Shown here in pieces: positions 38,823 to 53,937 of a stretch of DNA of 64,000 bases. Under the pieces are notes generated by a model. The model was not told where the DNA came from and searched no databases. It worked only from the letters and a program-made list of their open reading frames with translations. The stretch's first letter is position 1, and every line of letters starts with the position of its first letter. The DNA lies in assembly GCA_951406725.2 (NCBI GenBank), contig OX597816.1, forward strand, positions 37,758,001-37,822,000, in the 5' to 3' direction. The stretch is from Octopus vulgaris. Its lineage: Eukaryota. Both the position numbers and the translations under genes were made by a program.

Positions 38823-39464
38823 CTATAATTAAGGGCATAGAAAACATTCCTAGCGTATATGCTGAAAGTAGACACTAAATCGTCTCACCACTTTAAAAAT
38901 CACAAAATTACACACATGTTGAAATCAAGGGAGCAAGCAAGCCCTTGACAATATTGCATTTATTTCCTGTATGTATGCTTTGCAGACTGGGAAAAGCTAT
39001 TGAGCAAATCCAGGGCTATCTATATTGTTATTAATTGCCGTGGGCTTGCTCCCTCGATTTCAACATGTGTGTAATTTTGTGATTTTTAAAGAGGTGAGAT
39101 GATTTCGTGTCTACTTTCAGCATATAGGCTAGAAATTTTTTCTATGCCCTTAATTATAATTATATATACAACTTCACCTTAATTGGTCTATTTTTTATAT
39201 GCTGGCCACTGATAAAATTTTAAAAAAAATTTTTATCCTTTATTATAATAATTGAAATATATATATATATATATATATATATACAAGACTGGCCTCATCC
39301 AGCTTCTGTCTACCAAATCCACTCACAAGGGCTATAGTAGAAGACATTTTCCCAAGGTACCATGTTGGGGGACTAAACCCAAAACCATGTGGTTGGGAAG
39401 CAAGCTTCTTCTCACACAGCCATGCTTGCACCTATTCATATCATCATCATTGATTTTATATGTG

Positions 39465-39495
<31 letters not shown>

Positions 39496-40161
39496 ATGTA
39501 TATATATATATGTTTGTGTGTGTATGTGTGTGTATATATATATAAAACAGAAAATGCAAAAAGAAGTATACTTACTAAGTAAATATCTTTTCTCTTGTGG
39601 CAGAACTTTGAAATCTAAGAACCATGTTTCAATCCAACAGATAACAAAGGAAACCAGAAGTAAGGCATACGTCAGGGAGTTTGAAGCATAATTAAACTGT
39701 TAATAGAGAAAGACATGGAAGGTGAGTAGTAGTACCAGATATTAAAGTATGTGGGAACAGAATATATATATATATATATTTATATTATATTGAGGGTACT
39801 ACTATTCATAGATACCGCACGCTAAGAGGGACAATGCGGTCAAAACTACTAAAATAAACAAAATTTTACCGAATGCAAAACTTCAAAGCCAGTCATTTAA
39901 AAAAAAAATTTAGTTACATATCACCTGTGATTTCGCAATTAATGCAGAATATGCATTCTATGTTCATCAGTGCAACAAAGTGGAAAAATTTACGGATTTT
40001 TTCTCTTACGAGGTTTTTCACGCTAACTACTGATAATTTCTTATAAAGATTTTATCCTCGATTGTAAATATATATATATATATATATACTGCCCTCACAT
40101 ATTTTAATACTTCTCTAAATTGTAGAGAAGTAGAGTAATTAGATAAAGATAGTTATGGCCA

Positions 40162-40198
<37 letters not shown>

Positions 40199-41258
40199 TG
40201 GAGGCACAATGGCCCAGTGGTTAGGGCAGCAGACTTGCATCATAGGATCGCGGTTTTGATTCCCAGACTGGGCGTTGTGAGTGTTTATTGAGTGGAAACA
40301 CCTAAAAGCTCCACGAGGCTCAAGATCAGCAAATGCATGTTGCAGCACTTAATGCTGGATCATTAAATCAATGTTTTAATGATTAGTCAGAGGTCCAGTG
40401 GAATAGCTCTCAGAAACAGACCATGTACAAATTGTTGTTTATGTAGAGCTTTAAAATTTTCAAATGAAACAAATGGTATGTGCTGCTTAGGCAGTCAGGT
40501 AACACTGCCAGCACTACCAGCTCCTTCTCAACCTCTTATGGATCTTCTAGAAGGCACTTTCATCCAGTCAAAGGATTTTCTGAACAATATCAGACAATAC
40601 AACTCTGCATTTCAAATGACATTGCTTGGTACATCTAAGAAGATAGATAAACATGAATTTACACTGATGTCAAAGTTCAAAGGCAAGTCTATCACCTCAT
40701 CGGTTCCCTGTTACCAGCAAATGAACGACCATAGTTCCTCAAAATTTACTTTATGACTTTGTGAGTGATATAGGACAACAAACCTGAAGGAGGTGTCAAA
40801 ATTTCAGATGATGGGTCATGTTATACACAGCACCAACTGTTCCAAAGGAGAGTATATCCACTGACAGCTTTTTGGTGCGTTCAAAAATCACATAACCCCC
40901 ACCTCCAATTTTCCATGACAGGTTAGGGTCTGAAATATTCCTAACAAATGCATAGCATGTTGCTTAGTCAAAATAGCCCATCATTTACTCTACAAATGTT
41001 TTGTTGTCAATGCTGCACATTCCCATATCACCTGTTTCAACATAACTGTAATATATTATATACAAACTATGCCATTTTAATCCCAAGCAATGCCGGGTAT
41101 CTCTGCTAGTATATATATATGTTTTATTTATTATTTTGCACATTACTTAATCATTGTTATATGTTTTATCTTATATTTAATCTTTCTATAATATGTAATT
41201 TTCTAGATGGTATAATTTAATTTTTCATTATTGAATTGATAAAAGGTGGGGTTTTTTC

Positions 41259-41300
<42 letters not shown>

Positions 41301-41368
41301 TTTGTGTAATTTGATTTAGTATTTCTAAATTGAATTTTCCCCTGTAAGTTTGGAATAATATTCCCTCA

Positions 41369-41427
<59 letters not shown>

Positions 41428-44400
41428 CAGTTTATTAGACACTTGTTTAATAGAATAACTCTCCCCCTCTTTTGCTCCTTCTCTGAAGAAAGGCTTTGTA
41501 TGAAACATAACTTGTGTCCTCATCACGTACAACACATACAAACTTGTTTAAATTTGTGAACTTTGATAGTTTTTGCTGACATAGAGTATTATTAGTCTCG
41601 TTGAACTTTTTATGTAGATTATGTAGATAAGAGAATGATCTTTAATCAGTGATGTATATAAAGATACTAAACTCTGTATAAAAAGCACAAAATAAGGTGT
41701 GTTAGGTTATCCTGAAGAGAAGAAATATTCAACAATAAATGCAGAAAATTCATTCTAGAGAGTATGAGAAGACAATCTCTACAAGGATAAGCAGGTAGCC
41801 TAATCTTGGTTAGCAATCAATAGAAAATGAATTGGAAGTCTAAGATATACACTAGAATGGAAGGAAATGAAGTAGAAACTAATGTTTAAGATAGAGGCCA
41901 TCTGTTGATAAGGCAAGTGTGGATGTAGTGAAAAGGAGGAATGAGAAGAGAGTGGGAGGAAAGTGGGTAATGGTGGGGATAAAGGATCTGCAAAAGAAAA
42001 GGAAAAAAGTAACAGATACAGAAGTCAGTAAGACTAAATGCAAAAGTTATCAGTCAAAGTTGATTGACAGGAGTGTACTAGAGAAAAAGAAAGACGACAA
42101 AAGTCTATAAAAGTGCCTTGACAGTAAGAATGATTGTAGAGAGAGGCGACAAATACTAAGGAGAGGTGAACTAGGTAAAGGAAAGTCCTAACTGAAACCA
42201 AGCGGAGTACAAGTATTGACTTAAAATAACGATTTACTTTTTTTTATGTCTAAAATTAAAACATCCATGATTTAGAGTGATATACAAAACTGAAATGTGA
42301 AGGGAGATGTAGAAAGTTGAAATGCCAAGCATATCTATCTACCAAATCCACTCATAAGGCTCTAGTTACACTGGAGCTAAGTGGAAGAAAATTGCACCAG
42401 GTGCAATGGACTGCTACTGGAACTGTGTGGTTGGGAAGCAAACTTCTTAACCACACAATGATGCCTGCAAATGTGCATGCATGCATGCATGCACACACAC
42501 ATTAGGTTAGAGCAGAAGTTCTGTCACATTTCTTAACATGATCACTTTAAAGGTAACTTTTCAACACTTACAGTTCAATAAGTATTTTTACCCTTTACTC
42601 TGTTACTCTTTTACTTGTTTCAGTCATTTGACTGCGGCCATGCTGGAGCACCGCCTTTAATCGAGCAAATCGACCCCGGGACTTATTCTTTTGTAAGCCC
42701 AGTACTTATTCTATCGGTCTCTTTTGCCGAACTGCTAAGTAACGGGGACATAAACACACCAGCATCGGTTGTCAAGCAATGCTAGGGGGACAAACACAGA
42801 CACACAAACACACACACACACATATATACATATAATATATACATATATTTGACGGGCTTCTTTCAGTTTCCGTCTACCAAATCCACTCACAAGGCTTTGG
42901 TCGGCCCGAGGCTATAGTAGAAGACACTTGCCCAAGGTGCCACGCAGTGGGACTGAACCCGGAACCATGTGGTTGGTAAACAAGCTACTTACCACACAGC
43001 CACTCCTGTGCCTTTACTTTCTAATGTTTTTTTTTTCTTGACAGATTACTTTATGTCATAATGACTAAATTTACATCAATTTCACCTTTTTAAAATGTGT
43101 TTGGATTCACCTATACCAGACACAGCATGCAGTATGAATTCACTAATAGAAGTGGCAAGAAATATTTGTTCTATCTATGGAAATGATGCTTCCAGTGTCC
43201 AGACACGCCAACAATGGTTTGGCCAGTTTTGCTTGAGAAATTCTTCTCTTGCAGACAATTACAATGTCCAATGTCTAATAATACTGTGCTTTTGAAAATC
43301 TTAGTTGAGGAAAATCCAAAGCAAACTGCACAAGTGCCTTATCATCTGATCATCTGACTGCCTAGCTTAATCAGGGACCTCTGCTGGTCATGGAAGAGTA
43401 GGCTTGCTATCAGACCTTTCCCAGGTAGAATCATTGCAAATGATGAAAATTGGATTTTATGTAATCATATCCATCAAAAACAATAATGGATAACAACCAA
43501 TGAAAAAGGTGAGTCCATCCCCAAACCAAAATTAACCCTGAGATACAAAATCCTGTTTCTGTGTTTGATAGGATATGAAGAATGTTGTCCTTTATGAAGT
43601 GTAAAACCAAACTGAAATTTTTAATGTGGAGAAATATTTTTGTCAACTGGAAGCAATGCACAAACATTTGCAAGTAAAGTACACATCGTTAGTCAATTGT
43701 AATGGGGATGTTGCTTTTACACAATAATGCAAGACCATATATTGATTAGGTCACTCAGGGAAAAATCAAGGGCTGAATAAAGAAGCTTTTACCTAAGCCT
43801 CCTTACTCTCTTGGCCTTGCTCCATCTGACTATCATCTCTTCAGATCATTGCAATGTTATTTATAGTTTCTTTGTTTTGAAACCTGAGGAAATTTATGCC
43901 CAGGGAAATCAACAATTTGTCAGATAGATGTCATTATGTAATCAATCTCTCTCTCTCTCTCTCTCTTTCGGAGAGGCACTGAGCAGCTATACGCACACAT
44001 ACACACACGGCAGTAACTTCCAGCTACCGAATTCAATCACAAAGCTCCAGTCGGCTCGGGGCTATAGCGGAAGACACCTACCCAAAGTGCCACGCAGTGG
44101 GACTGAACCCGAAACCATGTACTTAGGAAGCAAGCTCCCTAACCACACAGCCATGCCCGCGCCTACAGAATAATGAAGGGAAATAGTATCTTGATTAAAT
44201 AAATCAACATCATTTGTTTCTTACCCATCTTGAAATGTGAGAAGACTTTCTTTCCAACCTAGTGTGTGTGTGTGTGTGTATTTACTATAAATTGGTAGAA
44301 GTTACAGATTGATTCAAGAGCTGACAGTTTTGTGCAATGACACTGATCAGTTTCTGTCTAACAAATTCACTCACATCCATGCCATGGGGCTGAAGCTCAA

Positions 44401-47400
44401 ACCATTTGGTTGTGAACTGAATTTCTTAACCACAGAGTCATGCCAGTATATCATATCAAAAATTAACACTGCCAGCACATCAGTCCTCAGCACTTATAAT
44501 AATTGTATATTTGTGTCATCAAAAAAGTAATTCATCACAAATGATGCAATCCATGCTGATGTAGCACTGTTAATGTAGCGCAGTCAGTTTGAGGAAAAAA
44601 TGAAAACTACATGTCATGCAAGGTTGAAACATGACGTGGTAAGAGAAGTCCATTAGGATTTGGAGTCACCCTGGTTGTTGCTTCAGATGTTTGGGAAATA
44701 TTTGTGAATTGGTAGTCCTAAGAGTAGTGAATGAATTGGCTTTACCAAGGTGATTATCTTTGCCTTTTGTCCTTTCCTTCCTAAGTTAAAAGATAAAGTA
44801 CATGTCTAGAGCAGTGGTCAGCATAAACATTAGAGCATTGGATAATAGGATGTCTTATAGTACATGTCCTATTTCTTTGCAGTTTGAGTTCAATCCTGTC
44901 AACTTGTGTAGTAAACATAATCCATTGCCCACTTGGACCCTGCTTCTTGGGTACCTTTAGCAGAGTTCACTCTGCTGCAAGTATTTGAGTGAGTTTGGTC
45001 TCTGGTTTGAGAATACCATCTTCCTTCCACCCACCAGCTGCAAGGGCTGCGTTGAGGGTCGTGATGGGTATGGTCCTTTCTTTTGACTCAGCAAGAGCAA
45101 AAAAAAAGAAGTAGAAGGAGGAGGAAAAAAGGAAGAAAGAAACAAAGGTGTAGCACACTAATAAATCTAGCATTAAGTTATACTTACATCAAACACCAGA
45201 CATTTTGCAATAAGAAATGTACACGTCAGAAAAGTTGCAATCTGAAACAGGAAGATATATTACAGTTTATTTTATAAAACTGATAAGAACCAACACTGTG
45301 TGTAAGATGTAACTATGGACTGTAATGTTATGGGCAGTAAGGTGCAACTTAGGTGTGAGAGGCTAATGTAGCAAGATATAAGGGATGCCTGTGTGGACTG
45401 ATATGACATAACGTAAGAGGTCTGTAGAGATTGATGTAACATGTAGTGACATGTAGCAGTTAATTAATGATCTCACTGGGAATAAAATACAACTCTGTTA
45501 ATTTGTGAATTGTATAGAGATTTAGTACAAGATGCACACACAGGGCTTAATGTAGCACATACAATTGTGTTAGCATGTGAATTGTATATATGACGGTTTA
45601 ATATAAGGTGTAACAGATATGGCTTGATGTGTGCAACACAGAGTATGTCGTATGAAGTGACATTAGATGTAAAATTTAATTGTGTAGTGTGGGTCATTAG
45701 TGGATTCAACATTTACTCTAATTCCTTGCATTCTGAGATTAAATCACACTAAGATCAACATTGTCTTTCATCCTTCCAGAATTGGTAAAATAAATACTGG
45801 TCAACAGTGGCGGGCTGACAGAATCATTAGTACATTGGACAGGGTGCCTAGTAGCATTCGATCTGGTTCTGTATTTTGAGTTCAAATCCCACTATAGCCT
45901 ACTTAACCCTTTAGTGTTTAAACCAGCCATATCAGGCCAAAATTGTCTTCCTGTTTTATGCTCAAACCAGCCAGCTCTGACCTCTCACACCTACCCTACA
46001 AAGTCATTCTAAAAATAAACAGGGACATCATCAAAATCTCAGAGTTACAAGATGCTGTACAATTAATTTAAAACAATGTAATTAAACAGGCTTTACATTT
46101 GACAGCGTAATCTGAATGCTAAAGGGTTAAGCAACAGACTTAATCCATCACTCAGATTCCTACCACCACCTCGACATTGGGGGCTTATTTTAGTTGAGGA
46201 GTTCAACCATTCAGACCATGTTGCCAGTTTGATAATACTTCCCTTTTCCTCTAGCACCCATGTCAGCAGCCCTTTAGAAGTTCATAGGCAATGCCCTTCC
46301 CTTTTATTAAGTGATAAAAGCTCATCATCATTATTATCATTTAATGTCCACTTTCCCTACTGACATGGTTTGGATGGTTTGAGAGGGAGCCAGCAAGCTG
46401 CAGGGCTGTGTTGATCTCCAATGTCATCTCTGGCATGGTTTCTATGGCTGGATGCCCTTCCTAATGCCAACCACTGTATAGAGTGTACTGGGTACTTTTT
46501 TTGTAGCACTGGCACTACCACTTCACAGTGTACTGGGTGCTTTTTCATGCCACAGATTCTATGCAAAACACATTTCACAGTAATTCTCATGACAAGTATG
46601 GGTTAGATAAATAACGCTAATTACTTTGTGTCCAACTAAACCCGGTTGCTTATGTTTCCAACAGTGTTCCAAAGTTTTCTTCCTATATTCATAAAGCTCA
46701 TATCCAGACCCAAAACAATTGTTAAGGCAGTCAAGTCACTTATTGTCATCTCCTTATACAATTTTTTTCTTTAGCCTTACATTATTTATATCACGTGACT
46801 GACCAGACCATCAGATGTTGCTACACATCGCTGGTCACAATGCGTTCGTATTGTTTTAGCCTTCGTACGACGCCACCCCGCTGGCTAAGCGAGCAGGCCA
46901 ACAGAAGAAAGTGGGAGAAAGAGTACAGCAGGGATCACCACCCCCTGCCGGAGCCTCGTGGAGCTTTTAGGTGTTTTCGTTCAATAAACACACACAACGC
47001 CCGGTCTGGGAATCGAAACCGCGAGTCCGCTGCCTTAACCACTGGGCCATTATTTATATACTGAGGCAAATTTTCTATGGCTGGATGCCCTACCTGTTGT
47101 CAATCCTTACCTCTTTCTAAGAAGGGTAATATTGCTCCATGGCCAAACATGTTCTCAGAGAATATTGGAAATATTCAAAAAACATTTTTTTCACTTGTTT
47201 CAGACTTTAAACTGTGGCCATGGTGGGGTACTGTCTTGAAGGGTTTAGTTGAAAAAATTGCCCACAGCACTTACTATTTTAAGCTTGGCACTTAATCTTT
47301 CAGTTTCTTCTTGTCAAATGCTCAGTTAAAGAGAGAAAAGAAGAAATCAAAAAGAAAAAAAAAGTTGAACTTACAGCAACCATCCACCAGTGTCGGATGC

Positions 47401-50400
47401 GGAATAATGCATATGCTAAAATCAGCAGCACAAAGCGTACAGCAGCAGACATCTTGATTTGGAGAGAAAAGACAGAGAGGTTAATGGTAAACAAAATTCT
47501 ATGTGTAGCTGTGTATGTGTATATGTATGCATGTAAGCAAACAGAAGTATGTGTATTTGCATATATGTGAACACATGCATGCATTTAACTGAATTGCAAA
47601 GAACAACATTCTACTATGTACCAGCAACATTCTACTATGTACCACACTTTGATAATCATTAGTACAACTACATCCTGTATTGCAGTTTTGTGCCTGTTCT
47701 GTTGATGCTTTAACCTTCTTTCTTTGGTTTTTAGCTTTAATCCTTTAGTATTCAGATTATTCTGTCGAATGTAAAACTTATTCATTCACATCGTTTTTAA
47801 TTTATCATTCATTATCTCATACCTCTGAGACTTTAATGATGTGACTGTACTTTTAGAATGACATTGTTAGGTAGGTGTAAGAGGCTGGATCTGACTAGTT
47901 TGAACATAAAATAGGGCCGGATATAGCTGGTTTAAATGCTAAAGGGTTAAATATACAAGAAAGAAATATTTTACTGGATAGGAAACTACTTTATTAAAAC
48001 CAAGTTTCCACAAAGCTGTTTGGCCTCTACGCTCCGGCTGGCCAACCAACCAGCCAGCTTGCCAGCCAGCCGGCCAAACTGTGAATGTAGAATTAACTAT
48101 CCAATAAACAGACATACTAAAACAGCTACTTTCAATCATGAGCTCCAACCCAAATCTTAAAAAAATAATAAAATCTATATATATAAAACTCAACTTGTGT
48201 GTCTGTGTGTATCTGTGTGTTTAACTTCCCGGCACATCTCCTCCTAGCCAACAAATCGTAGAACCACCAAAAATGGGTCACTTAAAGTTTAGGCGAATGA
48301 AAATTGAACTGCGCTATTTCTGTTCCGAAATTCATCTCACAAGTGCAAAAATCGATAATGTGCTTGTTTAGGCCTTATCCCATGCATTGAATAGTGAACT
48401 TTACTCAGTCAGCTGTTTGACGTGAACTGTGTTCACCACGCGTGCAAGCATGCGTAAATTGCATGAAAAATAAAAAATCAAGATATAAAAACGAATCGCC
48501 GTAAACATTGTAGAAATTCGGCAAAGAAATGAATTTTTGGGATGTAGCCTGGAGGGTTTTTTCGTATTAACTGTTTGGACTTTGTGAACACATACCAATT
48601 GTTTTCATAACATTTTTAACGCTTTGAATTAAATGTGACCATTTTGTGTTGAGTCTGCAGTTTGAATCACTTTAACCAAATTTTAGCAGGCCGAATTTTT
48701 GATCATCACGATACATCGCCAGCGACTCCCTGAAACTCTCCCCTGAAATCCCCGTTAAGAAATACTGATCTAAAAGAATAATTCAACAATGCAATTATTT
48801 GATCAACAAAAAATTTATGAAACGCTTCTACGTACTTCCTATTGAGGAAATGGAACACATAAGCGCAAAAATAGAGGGCATTAAATGCTTGATTTTAAAA
48901 CCAAAATAATTGAATTTTGATTGAACTTCATCCAAGTTTAGCTTAATTCGTGTGTGCATAGAACGCACAAGCCGGGCAATACTGCTAGTAATATATAAAA
49001 ATGTTTGCATGTTTTTTTTTTCCCTTCAGTTATTTTGCCTCAATACATTTGACAAGACAGACTTCACTATACAATATATTTCACAAATTAAATTTATTGT
49101 TGGGTCTCACAGAGGCAATGACAAATGACCGAAACCTTTGACAACATGCCGTGCTTGAGAAGAAGATCCATTGAGCCAAGTGAAATCATAGTCGTGGCGG
49201 ATACTGGTGTCACACAACTGGCACCCATACCGGTGGCACATAAAAGCACCCATTACATTCTAGGAATAGATAGCATTAGGAAGGGCATCTAGCCATAGAA
49301 ACCACGCCAAATCAGACTGGAGTCTGGTGCAGTGCCTCAGCTTACCAGCCCTGGTCAAACCATCCAACCCATGCCAGCATGGACAACGGACATTAAAAGA
49401 TGATGAAGATTGTGTACACAATAATGTACGTTTGACACAGAGTCTATCAGCTTCCACTTTAAATTATACAATAAACTAGAAATTACTGAACTATAATACT
49501 GTACAATTGTCTTGCCACTATATACTGTACTACTGTTATACAACTATATATAGTAATGTTGGATTCAAATTTTGGCACAAGATCATTAAGTTTAGAGGAG
49601 GGGTTAAATCGACTGCATCAACCCCGGTGCTCAATTGGTACTTATTTTATCGACCCTGAATGGACGAAAGGCAAAGTGACCTTGGCGGAATTTGAACTGA
49701 GAACATAAAGGCAGATGAAATGCTGCTAAGAATTTTAACCAGCATGCTAATGATTCTGCCAGCTCGCCACCCTCTAAAAATAATAATAATAATTCTTTTT
49801 TACTATAGGCACAAGGCCAGAAATTTGGGGGAGGGGATAATCGATTAGATTGATCCCAGTTCTTCACTGGTGCTTATTTTATCAACCTCAAAAAGATGAA
49901 TGGCAAAGTTGACCTTGGTGGAATTTGAACTGAGAATGTAAAAAGACAGACAAAAATGCTGCTAAACATTTTACATGGCAAGCTAATGTTTCTGCCAGCT
50001 CATCGCCCTACTATATACGGTAATGTTGACAAACCACTCTGTACTGGCTGAACCCAAAACCATGTGGTTGGAAAACAAACTTCTTACTACACACACACAA
50101 ATTTTGTATATCATCATCATCATTTAACGTTCGCTTTCCATCCTAGCATGGGTTGGACGATTTTGACTGAGGGCTAGCAAACCAGATGGCTGCACCAGGC
50201 TCCAATCTTGATCTGGCAGAGTTTCTACAGCTGGATGCCCTTCCTAACGCTAACTACTCCGAGAGCGTAGTGGGTGCTTTTGCATGCCACCAGCATGAGG
50301 GCCAGTTAGGCGGTACTGGCAACTGCCACGAAAAATTCATGTTTTTTTTTTACGTGTCACCTGCACACCAGCACAAGTGCCAGTAAGGAAACACTGGTAA

Positions 50401-53400
50401 TGATCACGCTCGAATGGTGCTTTTTACGTGCCACTGGCACGAATGCCAGTTAGCTGCTCTGGCACGAACACCAGTTCGCCACTGTAGCCATATATTTGAA
50501 CAAATATGTCATGGGTTAATATTTTGTAATTTCAATGCACATTGATTTTTCAAGACTATCAGTATACATACATACACACAGATTAGAGAAAGAAAAACAA
50601 ATAAATAAGATTAAAATATAGATACTCACTACTATATCAAACATAGAATAATGAATATCATAGTTTAAGACTTCATTTTTATACGAGTCAGTGTTACTTG
50701 CACTTAATATCTAAAACAGAGAAGAGAGAAAAAATAAAAATTTATCATACATTTATTATACAAACTGTCAGATACAGAGTTAAAAAGGGAGTCAATTTAT
50801 AGAGTTTAAGTAGAAAATTGAAATATTATATGCAGGCCTGTCACCAAACTCTGTTGCCTGGGGTGCTTTAGAATATTCTGGGTGGGCACTAATTTGAACT
50901 GGGGAAAGATTTTTGTAAACTGTATTTTCTAAATCTGAGAGTGCACCATTGGAGGCAGTGATGTTCAGTGCACCCCCATAGCAACAGGCGTGTTTATATG
51001 ATAGGCCTTGTAGTTTTCCCTAGTACAGTAAAACTTCAATTAGAATTGTAGGCATATTAGTAACCAAAGTAGGAAAATAGCAATTTACAGATATTAACTA
51101 AATTACTGGTAATTTTAAGATGTTATAAGTCAAATTAGTTTCGGTCTTGTGTTGGTTTCATTATTAACTGAGTACTCATTTTTATCTATCTATGGAGATA
51201 CAGGTTGTCCACTGCTATTGCTAAGGACTCCAGTACATTAGATAGACCAATTTGCATCTATAAGATATACTTTATTTTCCAGCATACAAGACAGATTCTT
51301 CAGGCCAAAATTTACAGCCAAAAACAGGTCAATTTTAACACAAAGATGTCTCCTACTATAGCCCTGGGCTATAGTAGAACACACTCACCCAAGCTGCCAT
51401 GCAGTTGGATTGAAACCGAAACTATGCCAGCACCTGTATGTGTGTGTCTGTGTGTATATGTGTGTATGTATGTATGTATGTATGTATGTATGTATGTATG
51501 TGTGTATATATATATAATATATATAGAGAGAGTCCACGAAAAAAACAAAAGACGAAAACAGGTGGTGTAGAAAACAAACAGATGTATTAGTATAACGCTC
51601 AGGAATTGAAAAAGTCTTTTACGTTTCGAGCCTACGCTCTTCTACAGAAAGGGACACAGAAAAAAACAAGGAGAGAAAAAAAATGTGTGTAGTGGCTACC
51701 GATCTATCATGGCGATATATATATATATATATATATATGAAAAGTATTGGTATTAAGAAGACCCAAGATGGCAGGTAAGGCTATGTAAGTGCTATGGGAG
51801 GACTGTAGTTAGACTCTTGGTTCAATAACAATATGAGTGAGGAGTCTAATGCGGGTCTTGTGTGAGCATGTATATGTTAAATAAAATGAGACAACAAAGC
51901 CAATGCTGTGTAGAATTTATAGGACATTTATAAAAAGGAAGATAGTCTTACAGCTGTTTCTGGGACATCAGGGATATCCCTTCATCAGAGACGATATGAG
52001 AGAGTTAACTAGAGGGAAAAACTATCGGAATCTACATACCAAGGACAAGAAGCATTTCTACCCATTCTGCATAGCATTTTCCTTGGATAATGGAACTGCA
52101 ACTGTAACATCCTACATATATTTTTACTTATATATTTTATTCACTTATTTTCCCTTTATACATCTAGACTCCTTCCTCTCTTTCGTTAAATCCTTCCATC
52201 CTGCCCTCCACTTCACCTGCACTATCTCCAACACCTCTGTCTCCTTTCTTGGCATTTCGGTCAGCATTCATCACTCCACTCTTACCACCTTCATTCACTA
52301 CAAACACATAGACTCACACTCATACCTAAACTTCTCCTCCTCCCACCCCAAACACACCAAGCTTTCCATCCCCTATTCCCAATTCCTCCATCTATGTAGG
52401 CTCTGTAATGACGACCATGTTTCTGAGACTCAGTCTCAACTCATGGCTTGCCACTTCATCCTACGTGGATACCCCCTCACCACTATCCATACCGCCCTTG
52501 CCAGAGCATGTTCCATAGACCGTGCATCTGCTCTCTCCCCCCCGAACCTGCCCTGCAGTCTCCTGCCTCCCTTTTCCCCTCACTTACCACCCCACCACCC
52601 TACCTCTTCAACGCACCATTCTTCAAGCTTTCCGGCATCTCCAGTCCGACCTGTCCACTTCACACATCTTTCCTAACCGACCCCTCCCCTCCTTCAAACG
52701 AGCCCATAACCTACGAGACCTCTTGGTCCACAGCTTCTTCCCCAACTCTACCTCCCAACATGGTTCGTTCCCCTGCTCCCGCCCACGCTGCCGCACTTGC
52801 CCTTACCTCTCCAACACCACCCTCCTCACCGGCACCCATCGTTGACCCTATCGCATCATCAACTCCTTCACCTGCACCTCCAGCAATATCATCTATTGCA
52901 TTTCCTGCTCTTTCTGCCATTCCCTGTACATCAGACAAACGGGACGCCGCTTGGCTGACCGGTTCGCGGAACACCTGCGAGACATCCGCCTCGGCAATGA
53001 CATCCCAGTCTCACGCCATTTCTGCTCCACCGGTCACTCCTTGCAACACCTGTCTGTGTTCGGATTGTCCTTGCACAGAGGCCATCCAGACTCCCGCCTG
53101 TGCCGTGAACAGGGATTAATCTTCTCTCTTCACTCTTTTACGCCATTTGGGCTCAACTCTCCTCCCCTTTTCATCTAACCTCCTCCCAGACACCTACTTC
53201 TCTTCCCTCCTACATCTTTTCACTCCTACTCTCTTTCCCCTTCTTCCCTCTTTTCCCCTACTCTCTTCTCCCTTCTTTCTTTCTCTCTGCTCTCTCACTC
53301 TCCTTCTCTCCCCCTCCCTCCTCCCTTCTCTCCTCACATACCCACAACACCCCTCCCCCCATAAACCCATCCACCCACTCCTACTCCACCTTCCCACCCC

Positions 53401-53937
53401 ACATACATCACCCCTATCCCACACATACCTCACCTCTACCTACCCACAACCCCACTCTACCCTAACCCCCAGCCGAACCCACACCCCACCTGTGCTTTCC
53501 CCACTCTCACCTCCCCCACCTCCCCACAACATTACACCACACCACACTACACTACACCATACAACATTACACATCACATCACAACACACCACCCACACAC
53601 CCATCCCTACATCTTTACACCTACACATGCATACTCTTATACACACATGCACCTTTGTGTTGGGGGCTCCTTTGTATTGGAGGTCATCTTGACCTTGTTA
53701 TCTCCCCTACTTCCCCTCTCCTGCCTGACCATTCTGTCTGAAATTAGACGCCATGATAGATCGTTAGCTACTACAACACATTTTTTTTCTCTCCTTGTTT
53801 TTTTCTGTGTATCTTTCTGTAGAAGAGCGTAGGCTCGAAACATAAAAGACTTTTTCTATTCCTGAGCGCTATACTAATACATTTGTTTGTTTGTACACCA
53901 CCTGCCTTCGTATTTTGTTTATTTTTGTAAACTTTCC

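Noticed and set aside
41478-41512. CUGAAGA...GAAAC hammerhead-like string
   Set aside because: No convincing stem I or stem III; at most a decayed remnant.
53147-53692. 181-aa Pro/His/Leu-rich ORF
   Set aside because: Low-complexity C-rich 3' region of the Penelope-like element.
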